A stretch of DNA of 64,000 nucleotides. It comes from an uncultured Solibacteraceae bacterium (GTDB lineage Bacteria > Acidobacteriota > Vicinamibacteria > Vicinamibacterales > SCN-69-37). The notes under the pieces were generated by a model that was not told where the DNA came from, did no database searches, and saw nothing but the letters and a program-made list of their open reading frames with translations. Shown here piece by piece: positions 26,750 to 36,624 of this stretch; position 1 is the first letter of the stretch, and each line of letters opens with the position of its first letter. The position numbers and the translations under genes are program-made. The DNA lies in contig CAYYFE010000008.1 of NCBI GenBank assembly GCA_964471115.1, forward strand, positions 34,597 through 98,596, given 5' to 3'.

Positions 26750-26787
26750 CAGCACCCCAGCACCCCAGCACCTCAGCACCCCAGCAC
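26750..26787. repeat. tandem 8-nt array (CAGCACCC x4.75)
   Basis: Read directly. Lies in the divergent spacer 13 nt upstream of the dipeptidase ATG. Confidence 0.85.
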
Positions 26788-26799
26788 TATACTTGTGCC

Positions 26800-27927
26800 A
26801 TGCGCTCCACGTGGTTGATTTGTGCGGCATTGACTGTGGCAACCGTGGCGGCTCAACCTCCGGATCCCATGGTCGAACGCGCGAGACGGCTTCTACGAGA
26901 GGTGCCCGTATTTGACGGGCACAACGATTACCCCTGGCAGATTCGCGAACTCGCCAAGGGCGATCTGATGCAGTTTCCACTGACCGAGCCGCAGCCGAAG
27001 CTGCACACCGACTTTGCGCGGCTGGCGCGCGGCGGCGTCGGCGCGCAGTTCTGGTCGGTCTACGTGCCGTCCACGATGCAAGGGCAGACCGCGGTCACCG
27101 CCACGCTCGAACAAATCGACGTCGTGCACCGGATGATCGCCGCCTGGCCGCAGCGGCTCGAGCTGGCGCTGACGGCCGACGATGTGGTGCGGATTCAGAA
27201 GGCGGGCAAGATCGCGTCGCTCATCGGCATCGAGGGCGGGCATTCCATCGACCTGTCACTCGGCACGCTGCGCATGATGTACCGCCTCGGCGCGCGCTAC
27301 ATGACGCTGACGCACAGTCTCAATACGCCGTGGGCCGACTCGGCGACGGACCAGCCGGAGCACGGCGGGCTGTCGGGGTTCGGCGAAGCGGTGGTTCGCG
27401 AAATGAACCGGCTCGGCATGCTCGTGGACCTGAGCCACGTCTCGCCAGAGACGATGGCGGACGCGTTGCGGGTGTCGACGGCGCCGGTCATCTTTTCGCA
27501 CTCGTCGGCGAAGGCCATTGCGAACGTGCCCCGCAACGTCCCCGATGACATCCTCGCGCAGATGAAGACCAATGGCGGGGTCGTCATGGTCACGTTCGTG
27601 CCGGGGTTCATCTCGCAGGACGTGGCCGACTTCAACGCGCTGCCGGCCGAGCAGCGCGCCGGCAAGGAGCCGCCGCGCGCCACGCTGATTCAGGTGGCCG
27701 ATCACATCGACCACATCCGGCAGGTGGCGGGCATCGATCACATCGGCCTGGGCGGCGACTTCGACGGCATCACCCAGGTGGTGATGGGCCTCGAAGACGT
27801 GTCGACCTATCCCGACCTGATTGCCGAACTGCTGCGGCGCGGCTACTCGGACGACGACATCCGGAAGATCGCCGGCCGCAACATCCTGCGGGTGCTGCGC
27901 GCGGCGGAGGGCATCGCGCGCAAGTAG
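26800..27927 (+). CDS. membrane dipeptidase (peptidase M19, renal dipeptidase family)
   Basis: Signal peptide, then the VPVFDGHNDYPWQIR signature (DGHND) and GGDFDG near the C-terminus. Confidence 0.85.
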   Translation: MRSTWLICAALTVATVAAQPPDPMVERARRLLREVPVFDGHNDYPWQIRELAKGDLMQFPLTEPQPKLHTDFARLARGGVGAQFWSVYVPSTMQGQTAVTATLEQIDVVHRMIAAWPQRLELALTADDVVRIQKAGKIASLIGIEGGHSIDLSLGTLRMMYRLGARYMTLTHSLNTPWADSATDQPEHGGLSGFGEAVVREMNRLGMLVDLSHVSPETMADALRVSTAPVIFSHSSAKAIANVPRNVPDDILAQMKTNGGVVMVTFVPGFISQDVADFNALPAEQRAGKEPPRATLIQVADHIDHIRQVAGIDHIGLGGDFDGITQVVMGLEDVSTYPDLIAELLRRGYSDDDIRKIAGRNILRVLRAAEGIARK

Positions 27928-27930
27928 TTC

Positions 27931-28158
27931 AGCTCACCATGAAGCACATGAAGGGCCATGGAGGGTGCAGGTCTGTGGGTTGGGCGCCCGGCAACGCCGG
28001 GCGTCGCGGGTGAAGAACACACCGGAAGCAAGAGACCCTGTGGCGCCAGTGCCGTCTCTTGCTCCCGGTGTGTTCTTCGCCCGCGCGTGCCGCCTTCAGC
28101 GGCACCCAACCCTCAGGCATTCCTCCATGGAACTCCATGCCCTCCATGGTGGTCAGCT
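27931..28158 (-). repeat. palindromic four-way-junction element, diverged copy A
   Basis: Outer arms caccatgaagcacatgaagggccatggagg / cctccatggaactccatgccctccatggtgg. Inner GGGTTGGG/CCCAACCC pairing, two local hairpins and a central hairpin (gaagaacacaccggaagcaagagac / gtctcttgctcccggtgtgttcttc). Minus orientation is inferred from the asymmetry of the local hairpins. Confidence 0.75.
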
Positions 28159-28163
28159 CTTGA

Positions 28164-30473
28164 TCAGAAGAACTTGACGCTGTAGGTCACCTTCACGCCG
28201 CGGCCCATCTCGGTCGCCAGGTCCTTGATGAACGACGTGTGCAGCCGCCAGGTCTCGTTCGTCAGGTTGTAGGCCTTGAGCGCCACGGTGTGCGTCGCGT
28301 GGCCGCGCGCGATCAGGTACGACGCGTTGAGGTTCACCACCGTCGATCCGCTGGTCGTCGTCTCGTCACGGAACACGCGGTTCTGCGCGGCGTTGAAGAC
28401 CAGTTCGGGACCGAACTTGAAGTGCCCCACCGGCACGTCGAACTCCAGGCGGGCGGAGAACGGCGGAATGCGCGGCAGCGCCTCGTCGGTGTCGGTCAAC
28501 GACGCCCGCACGTAGCTGGCGCCGGCATGCAGGTGCAGGCGCGGGTGCAGGTCGAAGCTGCCTGACGCCTCGACGCCGATGAAGCGCGCATCGCCCTGGA
28601 CGAACTCCGCCTCGCGCAGCCCGTCGATTTCCTCGTCGTGCAGGTCGAGGAACACGAAGTTGCTGATGTTGTAGGCGAACAGGTTCACCTCGCCCTGCGC
28701 CTTCGCGGCGCGGCTGCGCAGGCTGACGTCGAGGCCGAGCGTGCGCTCGACCTTCAGATCGGGATTGCCAATCTCGAACGCCAGATTGCCGACGTGGGGC
28801 CCGAAGTTGTAGAGCTCTTCGAGCGCCGGCGCGCGCGAGGCGCCGCTCAGATTGACCACGAAGGCGCCATTGGCGCCGATGTTGGTGTGCAGGCCAAACG
28901 AGCCTGAGAGCGCCGTGAAGGACCGGTCGCGAACGGCGGGCGCCTCATGGTCGTCCTCGCCCTCGCCGTGGTCCTCATCCTCCGCTTCCGGACGCGCCGA
29001 CACGTCGTACCGCGTGTGTTCGACCCGTCCGCCGAACTGCAGGCGGAACTTGTCGAACCCCATCTCCTCATAGACGAAACCCGCCAGCGTGTGCTGCAGC
29101 GTCGGCGGCGCCAGCGCCTCGCCGCCCACGGCTTCGAAATCGCGGCGGAACCACTCGGCGCCCATGCGGCCCGTCAGCCGGCCGCGGCGCTTCTGCTCGA
29201 GTTCGGCGCGCAGGGTGGCGGTCTTGTTGGAGAACTGTGTGCCGATCGACTCGATGCCTTCCTCGATCTCGAGTTCGTCGTGCGCGTAGTCGGTGTACGC
29301 AAACGTCAGCTTCGCGGTGTCAAGGAACGCCGACGACAGGTTCCGCAGGCCGATGTCCGCCCGGAAGTCCTTCCGCACCGATGTGATGTCGACCTGCGCC
29401 TCATGCTCTTCTTCACCCTCTTCGTCCTCCTCGTCACCATGACCGTGATGGAAGAGTCCGGCGAACGGAATCCCGAAACGGCCGTCTTCGATGGTGCCGC
29501 CGGCGCTGAAGAACACGCGGCTGCCCACATAGCCGAATCCCGCGCGGCCGTTCTGCAGCCGGCTGGCCGAGTTCTCGATGGTCGTGTCCGGCGTCTTGTA
29601 GTCGCCGCTGCGCCGCGCGCCGCCGCCGGCCCAGATCGTCCAGCCGCCGCTGCCGTACTGGATGCTGCCGTTGGCGCCCACCGACTCGTCCGCGCTGCCG
29701 GCATCAAACGTCAGGCCGCCAAGTGACCCGACAAACGGCGACACGCGGAACGCGTCCTGCGGGCTGATGGCATTCACCACGCCGCCGATGGCGTTGCTGC
29801 CGTACAGCAGCGTCGCGGGCCCCTTGACGACCTCGAGCCGATCGAGGCTGGCGGCATCCACCGACACGCCATGGTCGCCCGACTGGCTGGACAGATCGCC
29901 CGTCCGGATGCCGTCCTTCATGACCAGCACACGGTCGCCGTCAAAACCGCGGATGATCGGCCGGCCGCTGCCGGGCCCGAACGACCGCTTCGAGACGCCG
30001 GGCGCCGTGGCGAGCGCGTCGGCCAGCGACGTGCCGAGGTTCTTCGCAATCTCGACGCCATCAAGACTGGTGATGGCGTTAAACGACTCGAACGTGGTGG
30101 TGGTGCCCGACGCGTTGGCCGTGACGGTCAGATTCTCGTGCACCGTCTCGAGCGACAACACGAAGTCGATCGTGGCGGTCTGACCGGCCGCCACGGTCAC
30201 GGACTTGCGCGCGGCGGAAAAGTGTTCGCGCTGAGCGACCACTTCATAGGTCCCCGGCGGGACGTTCAAGAGTTCAAACGCACCGGTCTCGCCCGTCGTC
30301 GTCGTGCGGCGGGCGCCAATCACGATGACCGTCGCGCCGTGCACGGGCGCGCCGGTCGCTTCAAAGGTCACCTTGCCGGCAATCGTGCCCCCGGCAGTCT
30401 GGGCAAATGCCGCGCTGGTCCAGACAGCCAGCACGGCCGCCGCCAACGCAGCGAAACGAACATACATACGCAT
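28164..30473 (-). CDS. TonB-dependent receptor with N-terminal carboxypeptidase-regulatory-like domain
   Basis: Signal peptide. CarboxypepD_reg-like segment (GTIAGKVTFEATGAPVHGATV...PPGTYEVVAQ). Plug motifs (RGFDGDRVLVMKDG). Beta-barrel ending in terminal F (TYSVKFF). Two His/Asp/Glu-rich loops. Confidence 0.85.
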   Translation of the reverse strand: MRMYVRFAALAAAVLAVWTSAAFAQTAGGTIAGKVTFEATGAPVHGATVIVIGARRTTTTGETGAFELLNVPPGTYEVVAQREHFSAARKSVTVAAGQTATIDFVLSLETVHENLTVTANASGTTTTFESFNAITSLDGVEIAKNLGTSLADALATAPGVSKRSFGPGSGRPIIRGFDGDRVLVMKDGIRTGDLSSQSGDHGVSVDAASLDRLEVVKGPATLLYGSNAIGGVVNAISPQDAFRVSPFVGSLGGLTFDAGSADESVGANGSIQYGSGGWTIWAGGGARRSGDYKTPDTTIENSASRLQNGRAGFGYVGSRVFFSAGGTIEDGRFGIPFAGLFHHGHGDEEDEEGEEEHEAQVDITSVRKDFRADIGLRNLSSAFLDTAKLTFAYTDYAHDELEIEEGIESIGTQFSNKTATLRAELEQKRRGRLTGRMGAEWFRRDFEAVGGEALAPPTLQHTLAGFVYEEMGFDKFRLQFGGRVEHTRYDVSARPEAEDEDHGEGEDDHEAPAVRDRSFTALSGSFGLHTNIGANGAFVVNLSGASRAPALEELYNFGPHVGNLAFEIGNPDLKVERTLGLDVSLRSRAAKAQGEVNLFAYNISNFVFLDLHDEEIDGLREAEFVQGDARFIGVEASGSFDLHPRLHLHAGASYVRASLTDTDEALPRIPPFSARLEFDVPVGHFKFGPELVFNAAQNRVFRDETTTSGSTVVNLNASYLIARGHATHTVALKAYNLTNETWRLHTSFIKDLATEMGRGVKVTYSVKFF

Positions 30474-30601
30474 TGATCAACTCCAAAGGCGGGGCACGCG
30501 CCCGCGCCGAAACAAGACCTGCCGCCGGGGACCGAGGTCCCGGCGCTCCACACCGTACGTCGCGCGGCCGGAACGGCCCGGCCGCGACCGCGATCAGGGA
30601 A

Positions 30602-30949
30602 TCAGAGGGACGAGGGAGGCGCGCGGGCGGCGCCGGGTCGCTGCGTGGCGACGGCGAGTGAGGCGGAGACGTCGACGAGCTGGACGACCGGCGGCGCGTC
30701 CGGGCCGCTGATCGCCGTGACGACGCGGTCGGCCGACCGCATGGTGCGAAGCCAGTGACAGACCTCGCAGTGCGTCTCGTCGCCGGCGTCACCGTCGCTC
30801 ACCACCGGCAACGTGCAGTCGTCAGCGCGAAGCGCAATGGCCCAGTGGGGGTCGTCGTTGAACTGGTGCGCATCACCCAGCCACGGCAGGGCCAGACTGC
30901 CGACCAGGGCAGCCAGGACGGCCAGCGCGGTGATGCGGCGAACCAGCAT
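30602..30949 (-). CDS. hypothetical small membrane-anchored protein
   Basis: ATG at 30949 (MLVRRITALAVLAALVGSLALP). Contains HCEVCHW. Upstream of and co-directional with the TonB-dependent receptor. Confidence 0.35.
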   Translation of the reverse strand: MLVRRITALAVLAALVGSLALPWLGDAHQFNDDPHWAIALRADDCTLPVVSDGDAGDETHCEVCHWLRTMRSADRVVTAISGPDAPPVVQLVDVSASLAVATQRPGAARAPPSSL

Positions 30950-30979
30950 GGTGTCGATTGTAATACGCCGCCGCAACGC

Positions 30980-32836
30980 CTACCGCTGCTGCGCGCGCGC
31001 CAGCAGCTCGACGGCGGCCGGGTCGCCGCCGGTCAGCTGAACCGCGGCTCGGGCGTGTTCGATGGCGGCTGCGGGCTGCCCCGTGTCAATCAACGCGCGC
31101 GCCAGGTTCATGCGATACCCGGCATGACTGGGCGCCACGGCGACCGCCTGCCGGAAGGCATTCACCCCGTCCGCGCCCCGGCCCATCGACATGAGCGCAA
31201 TGCCCAATCCCGTCCACCCCGCACCATCGTCGCGCTGCACACGCAGGTAGGCTTCGAAGTGAGGCACGGCTTCGCCGAACCGGCCCTGCGCGGCGTAGGC
31301 TTCGGCCATCAGCGCGTGCGCCGCATGGTCGGCAGGGGTCACGGTCAACACCTGCCGGGCCATCGAGAGCGAATCCTCGAGACGCCCCGCCTCCGCATAC
31401 CCGCGCGCCAGCAGCAACCGGGCGTCGCGTGCCGTGATCAGGTTCGGCTCGGCGCGCAGGAACGCCTCGAGTTCCGCCATCCCCTCGGCGCGCTGGCCGC
31501 TCGTGAACAACGCGGACCCCAGGTTGAACCGCGCCGGCGGAATCGCCGCCGCAGCCTGTCGCAGGTGGGGAATCGCCTCCACCGCCCGGCCGGCCGTCAC
31601 CAGTTCGGTGCCCACCATGTAATGCGCCGACGGCGTGGGCCAGCGCTCCAGCACCGTCTGCGCCATGCCCAGCGGGGTGGCGTACTCCTTCGTGCGCTGC
31701 ACCGTCACCCACCCGAGTACGGCGATGACCACCGCCGCCGCCACCGCGCCGCCGGCGATGCGACGACGCTCCAGCAGGCGCGCCAGGCCGACCACCGCCA
31801 GCGGCACCAGACCCGCCATCGGCAGATACATCCGGCGTTCGGCGCCCACCTCCGACCCGATCGGCACCAGACTGCTCGTCGGCGCCAGTGTCAGGAACAC
31901 CCACAGCGCGAGGAACCCTGCCTTGGGCCACTTGATCAGCGCCACGACGGTGGTGCCGAGCAGCCCCCCCACCACCAGCGCGTACGGCCACACGCTTGCC
32001 AGCGTGGCCGGCGTGGCCCAGCCGTAATACAGCACCAACGCGTCGGGCCACACGGCCAGGCGCAGGTACCGCACGATCATCTCGGTCTGGTTCAACAGGT
32101 ACGTCCACGTCGAGACATGCGTCGTGGCGAACCCGGCCGACGATGTGCGCGGCACGGTGACCATGAGCAGGAGCAACACGCCCCACGTCGCCACCAGGCC
32201 GAGGTAGAGCTGGCGTCGCTGCGCCCAGGCGCCGGCGAACGATCCGTATCGGAAGACGCGGTCCAGCAGCACCACCGCCACCGGCGCGGTGACCATCGAC
32301 TCCTTGCACGCCATGCCGGCCGCGCACGCCATGACGGCCGTCACGGTCCACGCGGTGCGTCCCGGGGCGTCCCACGCGCGCACCGAGGCGTACAGCGTCA
32401 GCAGGTAACACGCGGCCATCATCAATTCCGTGCGCTGCGTCAGGTAATTGACCGCTTCGGAGTTGAGCGGATGAACGGCCCAGATGCCTGCCACGACGGC
32501 CGCCAACCCGGTGGCGGAGGGTCCCGTCAGGATCCGGCGGGTCAGGCCAAACAGCAGCAGCGCGTTGAACGCATGCAGCAGGACGTTGCCGGCGCGGTAT
32601 CCCCACGGGTCGAGGCCGCCCAGCGCGTAGTTGATCGCAAACGACAGGTTGACCAGGGGGCGTCCGCCCACCGGCGTCTCCGGCGGCGGCACCAGCGCCA
32701 CGTCGGGCGCCAGCGAGCGGATCTGCGGGTTGAACGCCACCGCGCCCACGTCATCGAACATGAACGGGTGGCGCAACCCGCCCGCATACACCGCCGCGAC
32801 CGCGACGACGATCGCCAGCGCCCAGGTCCGGACCAT
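30980..32836 (-). CDS. polytopic membrane protein with C-terminal TPR repeats (PMT/ArnT-like glycosyltransferase architecture)
   Basis: About 10 N-terminal TM segments beginning FMFDD, then TPR-like repeats (AHYMVGTELVTAGRAVEAIPHLRQA... AEAYAAQGRFGEAVPHFEAYL). Confidence 0.6.
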   Translation of the reverse strand: MVRTWALAIVVAVAAVYAGGLRHPFMFDDVGAVAFNPQIRSLAPDVALVPPPETPVGGRPLVNLSFAINYALGGLDPWGYRAGNVLLHAFNALLLFGLTRRILTGPSATGLAAVVAGIWAVHPLNSEAVNYLTQRTELMMAACYLLTLYASVRAWDAPGRTAWTVTAVMACAAGMACKESMVTAPVAVVLLDRVFRYGSFAGAWAQRRQLYLGLVATWGVLLLLMVTVPRTSSAGFATTHVSTWTYLLNQTEMIVRYLRLAVWPDALVLYYGWATPATLASVWPYALVVGGLLGTTVVALIKWPKAGFLALWVFLTLAPTSSLVPIGSEVGAERRMYLPMAGLVPLAVVGLARLLERRRIAGGAVAAAVVIAVLGWVTVQRTKEYATPLGMAQTVLERWPTPSAHYMVGTELVTAGRAVEAIPHLRQAAAAIPPARFNLGSALFTSGQRAEGMAELEAFLRAEPNLITARDARLLLARGYAEAGRLEDSLSMARQVLTVTPADHAAHALMAEAYAAQGRFGEAVPHFEAYLRVQRDDGAGWTGLGIALMSMGRGADGVNAFRQAVAVAPSHAGYRMNLARALIDTGQPAAAIEHARAAVQLTGGDPAAVELLARAQQR

Positions 32837-33343
32837 CTAGCCTTCGGCGTCCGCCGACGACCCGTAGATCGACGGCACCTTCGACCCGAGCGCGCGGAGG
32901 TACGCCGCCAACTGGCCGCGATGATGCACGCTGTGGGTGAGCGTCAGCATCAGGTACTGCACTGCGGGCATCTTCATCTGGCCGAAGAAGTCGACTTCAC
33001 GCGTCAGCACGTCGGGCGGCGCGGCGGCGGCCTGGTCGAGCACCGCGCCGAACTGCCGATTGTAGAAGTCCACGACGCTCTGGACGCTGGTGAACTGCGC
33101 CGCCGCCTTCTTGTTGGCTTCCTCGTCCCACACAAACGTGCCGTTGAGCGCGCTGGTCACGAACCAGACATCGCCCGTGGCGATGTGCGTCGCCAGGTCC
33201 CACGCGGTCCGCGACTTCGCGTCGGGCCGGTAGTCCCGGCCGGCTTCCGTCACGGCGCCGATTACCTTCGCCGTCGTGCCCATTTCCCTGCGCAGCGCGC
33301 CGATCAGCTGCCCCGCCAAGAACGTCGCCTGGTCACCGGTCAT
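32837..33343 (-). CDS. DinB family protein
   Basis: ATG at 33343 preceded by GGAGGA. Four-helix DinB pattern with the HSVHHRGQLAAYLR motif. Confidence 0.7.
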   Translation of the reverse strand: MTGDQATFLAGQLIGALRREMGTTAKVIGAVTEAGRDYRPDAKSRTAWDLATHIATGDVWFVTSALNGTFVWDEEANKKAAAQFTSVQSVVDFYNRQFGAVLDQAAAAPPDVLTREVDFFGQMKMPAVQYLMLTLTHSVHHRGQLAAYLRALGSKVPSIYGSSADAEG

Positions 33344-33399
33344 CGTGGCTTCCTCCCAAAAAACGTCATGGTACCTCAGGCGCTGGTAGACTCGCGCGC

Positions 33400-35805
33400 A
33401 TGCGATCCGCACTGTCGGCGCTGCGGGCCCGGCCGGGACTGACCGCCACGGTCACGCTCTCGCTGGCCATCGGTCTCGCGGCCAACGCCATCCTCTTTGC
33501 CGTCGTCGACGGCGCCATCCTGCGGCCGTTTGCATTCCCCGAACCCGACCGGCTCGTCGGCATCGGCGCGGCCTATCCAAAGATCAATCGCCCGCTGAGT
33601 TTCTTCGAGTCACTCTCAGGGCCGGAATACCTCGACCTCCAGACGGCCGAGTCGCTCGACGACGTGGTGGCCTTCGACCTGGGCAACGAACCGGTGCTGA
33701 TCGGCGACCAGCCCGAGCGTGTCTTCACCGCCTTCGTCTGGGCCGATCCCCTCCGCACCCTTCGACTCCCCGCCTTCGCCGGCCGCGGCTTTACTGACGA
33801 AGAACTGCGCGCCGCGATGCCGGTGGCGATGGTCAGCCACGCCTTCTGGACCACTCAACTCGGAAGCGACCAGACGGCCGTCGGTCGCACGATTCGCGTG
33901 GCCGGCCGGGCACACGTCATCGTCGGCATCATGCCCGAACGCACACGGCTGTGGGACACCGACCTGTGGGTGCCGATGCCGGACCCGGCGGGCAGCATCC
34001 CGCGCAGCCGCCGGCAGTTCAACGTGCTCGCGCGCCTCGCGCCGGATGTGACGCTGGAACAGGCCGGTCAGGATCTGGCCCGCCTCGCATCGTCGCTCGA
34101 TACGCAGCATCGCGCGTCGACGCCCGAGTACGAGGGATTCACGCTGGCGGCGCGGCCCTGGACGCAGATTCAGGTGTGGGGATTCAGCAACGTCACGCGC
34201 ATCGTATTCGGTGCCGCGGCCTTGCTCCTGCTGCTGGTGGCCACCAACCTGGCCAGCCTGCTCGCCGCGCGAGCCGCGACCAGACGCGGCGAGATGGCGA
34301 TTCGCACCGCCCTGGGCGCCGGCCGACGCACACTCGTCGCGCAGCTGAGCCTGGAGACCGCACTGCAGACGACGGCGGGGCTGGTGCTGGGCGTGTTTCT
34401 GGGCTGGCTGGGTATCGAAGCGCTGCCGTCGCTGCTGCCGCCCGGGCTGTTGCCGGCCGACGCGGACATTCGTCTGAGCGCCCGGCTCCTCGGCTACATG
34501 ACCGTGCTGGCCGTCCTCGCCGGCGTCATCGTCAGCCTCGCGCCCACCGTGCAGCTGACGCGCACTGCGCCAGCTGACGTGCTGACCGCGGAAGGCGGCC
34601 GCGGCGGCGCGAGCCGGTCCACGCGGCGGCTGCACCAGGCCGTCGTGGCCTTCCAAGTGGCCACGGCGGTCATCGTCGCCGGCAGCGCCACGATGTTGAC
34701 CGTCAAGACGCTGCGCCTGCTTCAGGTGGAGCGCGGGTTCGACGATGCGAACCTGCTGACGGCACGGTTCACGCTGCCGCTCACCAAATACGATGGGACC
34801 ACCGCGCTGCAATTCTTCGACACGCTGCTGGAGCGCACCCGCGCGCTGCCGGCCGTCTCAGGCGCCACGTTGTCCAATCAGCCGCCGCCCGGTGTGTTCT
34901 CGCGCAGCCAGTTCGAGATTGTCGGCTCGGCGCAGGCGGCCGACGGCCGCACGCCGTCGATGTTCTACTCCACGGTCGGCTCTGACTATCCGGCGACGAT
35001 GGATGTGCGCCTGTTGGCGGGCCGCTGGCTCAACGACGCGGCCGAGGCATCGGCGCCGCGGGAGGTCGTGATCAACCAGACGCTCGCGCAGCGGTACTTC
35101 CCCGGGGAGGATCCGGTCGGCCGGCGCATCCGTGTGCTGGGCGCGGCCAACGACGGCATGCCGGCGGACATCGTCGGCGTGGTGGCTGACGTGCGGAACG
35201 CGGGACTGGTGGGACAGGTGCAGCCCGAGATGTTTGCGAGTGTCCGGCAGATTCCCGATCGGCGCCGGACGCAGGTCTACCTCGTGGTGCGCACGCGGGG
35301 GGAGGCCACGGCCATCCTGCCCGACGTTCGGGCCATCGTCCGGTCGATCGACCCGGGTCAGCCGATGTATGCGATCGGCACCGTGGCCGAGCAGTACGCG
35401 GCCGGCGTCGGCACACGCCGCGCGGCGGCCGGTGTGCTGATGGTGTTCAGCGCGCTCGCGCTTGGTCTGGCCGCGCTGGGAATCTTCGGCGTGTTGTCGC
35501 ACGCGGTGAACGCACGGACGCGCGAGATTGGTCTGCGCGTGGCGCTGGGCGCGGATCGCGCGTCAGTCACGCGGCTCATGCTCGGTCAGGCGTTGCGGCC
35601 GGTGGCGGCTGGACTGATCGCCGGAGTGGCGGTGGTGTTCGGCGCGCAGCAGGCGCTGGCCGCCTGGCTCTACGGCACCACGCCGGAAGCACTGCCGCTG
35701 GCCGGTGTCGCCGGCGTGGTGCTGGCCGTCAGCCTGGCGGCCAGCGCATGGCCGATCCGCCGCGCGGCGCGGCTCAGTCCGCTGGTGGCGCTCACGCGTA
35801 CGTAG
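33400..35805 (+). CDS. ADOP family duplicated permease, no PadR partner
   Basis: 801 aa. MRSALSALRARPGLTATVTLSLAIGLAANAILFAVVDG. FtsX-type bundles. C-terminus is LSPLVALTRT. Confidence 0.85.
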   Translation: MRSALSALRARPGLTATVTLSLAIGLAANAILFAVVDGAILRPFAFPEPDRLVGIGAAYPKINRPLSFFESLSGPEYLDLQTAESLDDVVAFDLGNEPVLIGDQPERVFTAFVWADPLRTLRLPAFAGRGFTDEELRAAMPVAMVSHAFWTTQLGSDQTAVGRTIRVAGRAHVIVGIMPERTRLWDTDLWVPMPDPAGSIPRSRRQFNVLARLAPDVTLEQAGQDLARLASSLDTQHRASTPEYEGFTLAARPWTQIQVWGFSNVTRIVFGAAALLLLLVATNLASLLAARAATRRGEMAIRTALGAGRRTLVAQLSLETALQTTAGLVLGVFLGWLGIEALPSLLPPGLLPADADIRLSARLLGYMTVLAVLAGVIVSLAPTVQLTRTAPADVLTAEGGRGGASRSTRRLHQAVVAFQVATAVIVAGSATMLTVKTLRLLQVERGFDDANLLTARFTLPLTKYDGTTALQFFDTLLERTRALPAVSGATLSNQPPPGVFSRSQFEIVGSAQAADGRTPSMFYSTVGSDYPATMDVRLLAGRWLNDAAEASAPREVVINQTLAQRYFPGEDPVGRRIRVLGAANDGMPADIVGVVADVRNAGLVGQVQPEMFASVRQIPDRRRTQVYLVVRTRGEATAILPDVRAIVRSIDPGQPMYAIGTVAEQYAAGVGTRRAAAGVLMVFSALALGLAALGIFGVLSHAVNARTREIGLRVALGADRASVTRLMLGQALRPVAAGLIAGVAVVFGAQQALAAWLYGTTPEALPLAGVAGVVLAVSLAASAWPIRRAARLSPLVALTRT

Positions 35806-35815
35806 CGCGCGCAGT

Positions 35816-35838
35816 CGCGGCCCGCCGATCGGGCCGCG
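35816..35838. terminator. GC hairpin between convergent genes (possible bidirectional terminator, no U-tract)
   Basis: cGCGGCCC-gccgatc-GGGCCGCg lies between the ADOP stop (35805) and the SOD stop (35839). Confidence 0.3.
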
Positions 35839-36561
35839 CTACGACGCGCTCAATCGCCGGTTGACCTCGGTCCAGTTGACCACGTTCCAGAACGCGCTGA
35901 CGTAGTCGCCGCGACGGTTCTGGTACTTCAGGTAGTACGCGTGTTCCCAGACATCGAGGCCGAAGATCGGTTTGCGGCCCTCGGCCAGCGGTGTGTCCTG
36001 GTTGGCCGTGCTGTGGATGATGAGCTTGCCGCCCTCGTCACTGAGCCACGCCCACCCGCTGCCAAACCGTGACGCGGCCGTCTGGCCGAACAGGTCGCGG
36101 AATTTCTCGAAGCTGCCGAACGTGCCGGTAATGGCCGCCGCGATCGCGCCGGTGGGCGGTCCCCCGGCACTGGGCGCCATCAGGGTCCAGAACTGCACGT
36201 GGTTGTAGTGACCACCACCGTGGTTCTGGATGGCCGTGCGAATGTCGGCCGGCACGGAGTTCAGATTCCGCAGCAGGTCTTCCAGCGGCCGCTTCGCCTG
36301 GTCCGGGTGTTTCGCCAGCGCGGTGTTGGCGCCGGTGACGTAGGCCTGATGGTGGCGCTGATGATGAATCGTCATCGTCTGCGCGTCGATGTGGGGCTCG
36401 AGCGCGGCCACCGCGTACGGCAGCGCCGGCAACGTGAAGGGACCACTTGGCGGCTGGGCCGCCTGCAGGGTCGGGGTATCGGCCAGGGCCGGACGAGGCG
36501 TCGCAACCGCCGCCAGGGCTGCGCCTCCGGCCAGACTGAAGAGTTCTCGGCGTGTCAGCAT
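35839..36561 (-). CDS. Fe/Mn superoxide dismutase with Tat-type signal peptide
   Basis: [18 protein letters not shown] (twin-arginine leader), [10 protein letters not shown] and the [15 protein letters not shown] signature. Confidence 0.9.
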   Translation of the reverse strand: MLTRRELFSLAGGAALAAVATPRPALADTPTLQAAQPPSGPFTLPALPYAVAALEPHIDAQTMTIHHQRHHQAYVTGANTALAKHPDQAKRPLEDLLRNLNSVPADIRTAIQNHGGGHYNHVQFWTLMAPSAGGPPTGAIAAAITGTFGSFEKFRDLFGQTAASRFGSGWAWLSDEGGKLIIHSTANQDTPLAEGRKPIFGLDVWEHAYYLKYQNRRGDYVSAFWNVVNWTEVNRRLSAS

Positions 36562-36624
36562 GCCCTAATGTAGCACCGCAGCCGCCGGGCCGGCTCGCGC
36601 TACACTGGTCGCACCTCGACACCG

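Noticed and set aside
27958-28185. Small ORFs inside the palindromic elements (27958..28185, 41685..41951, 42685..42906, 43417..43662 and minus-strand counterparts) with similar peptides such as HGGIRTRGWAPPEAAAA and MEAMKGHEEMRTGVGGP
   Set aside because: Their similarity follows from the DNA repeat itself. They occur on both strands of a palindrome, lack conserved starts, and substitutions preserve base pairing rather than codons.
30474-30601. Possible riboswitch (for example cobalamin) in the leader of the TonB-dependent receptor
   Set aside because: I could find no B12-box-like or other recognisable riboswitch core. There is only a GC hairpin (about 30525-30555, minus strand) that may terminate the upstream small ORF.
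30755-33442. 895-aa plus-strand ORF, the longest in that region
   Set aside because: It runs antisense to the TPR membrane protein and DinB genes. The translation is Arg/His/Gly/Gln-rich low complexity with no motifs, typical of a wrong-frame ORF in high-GC DNA. The minus-strand genes have recognisable TM/TPR and DinB features.
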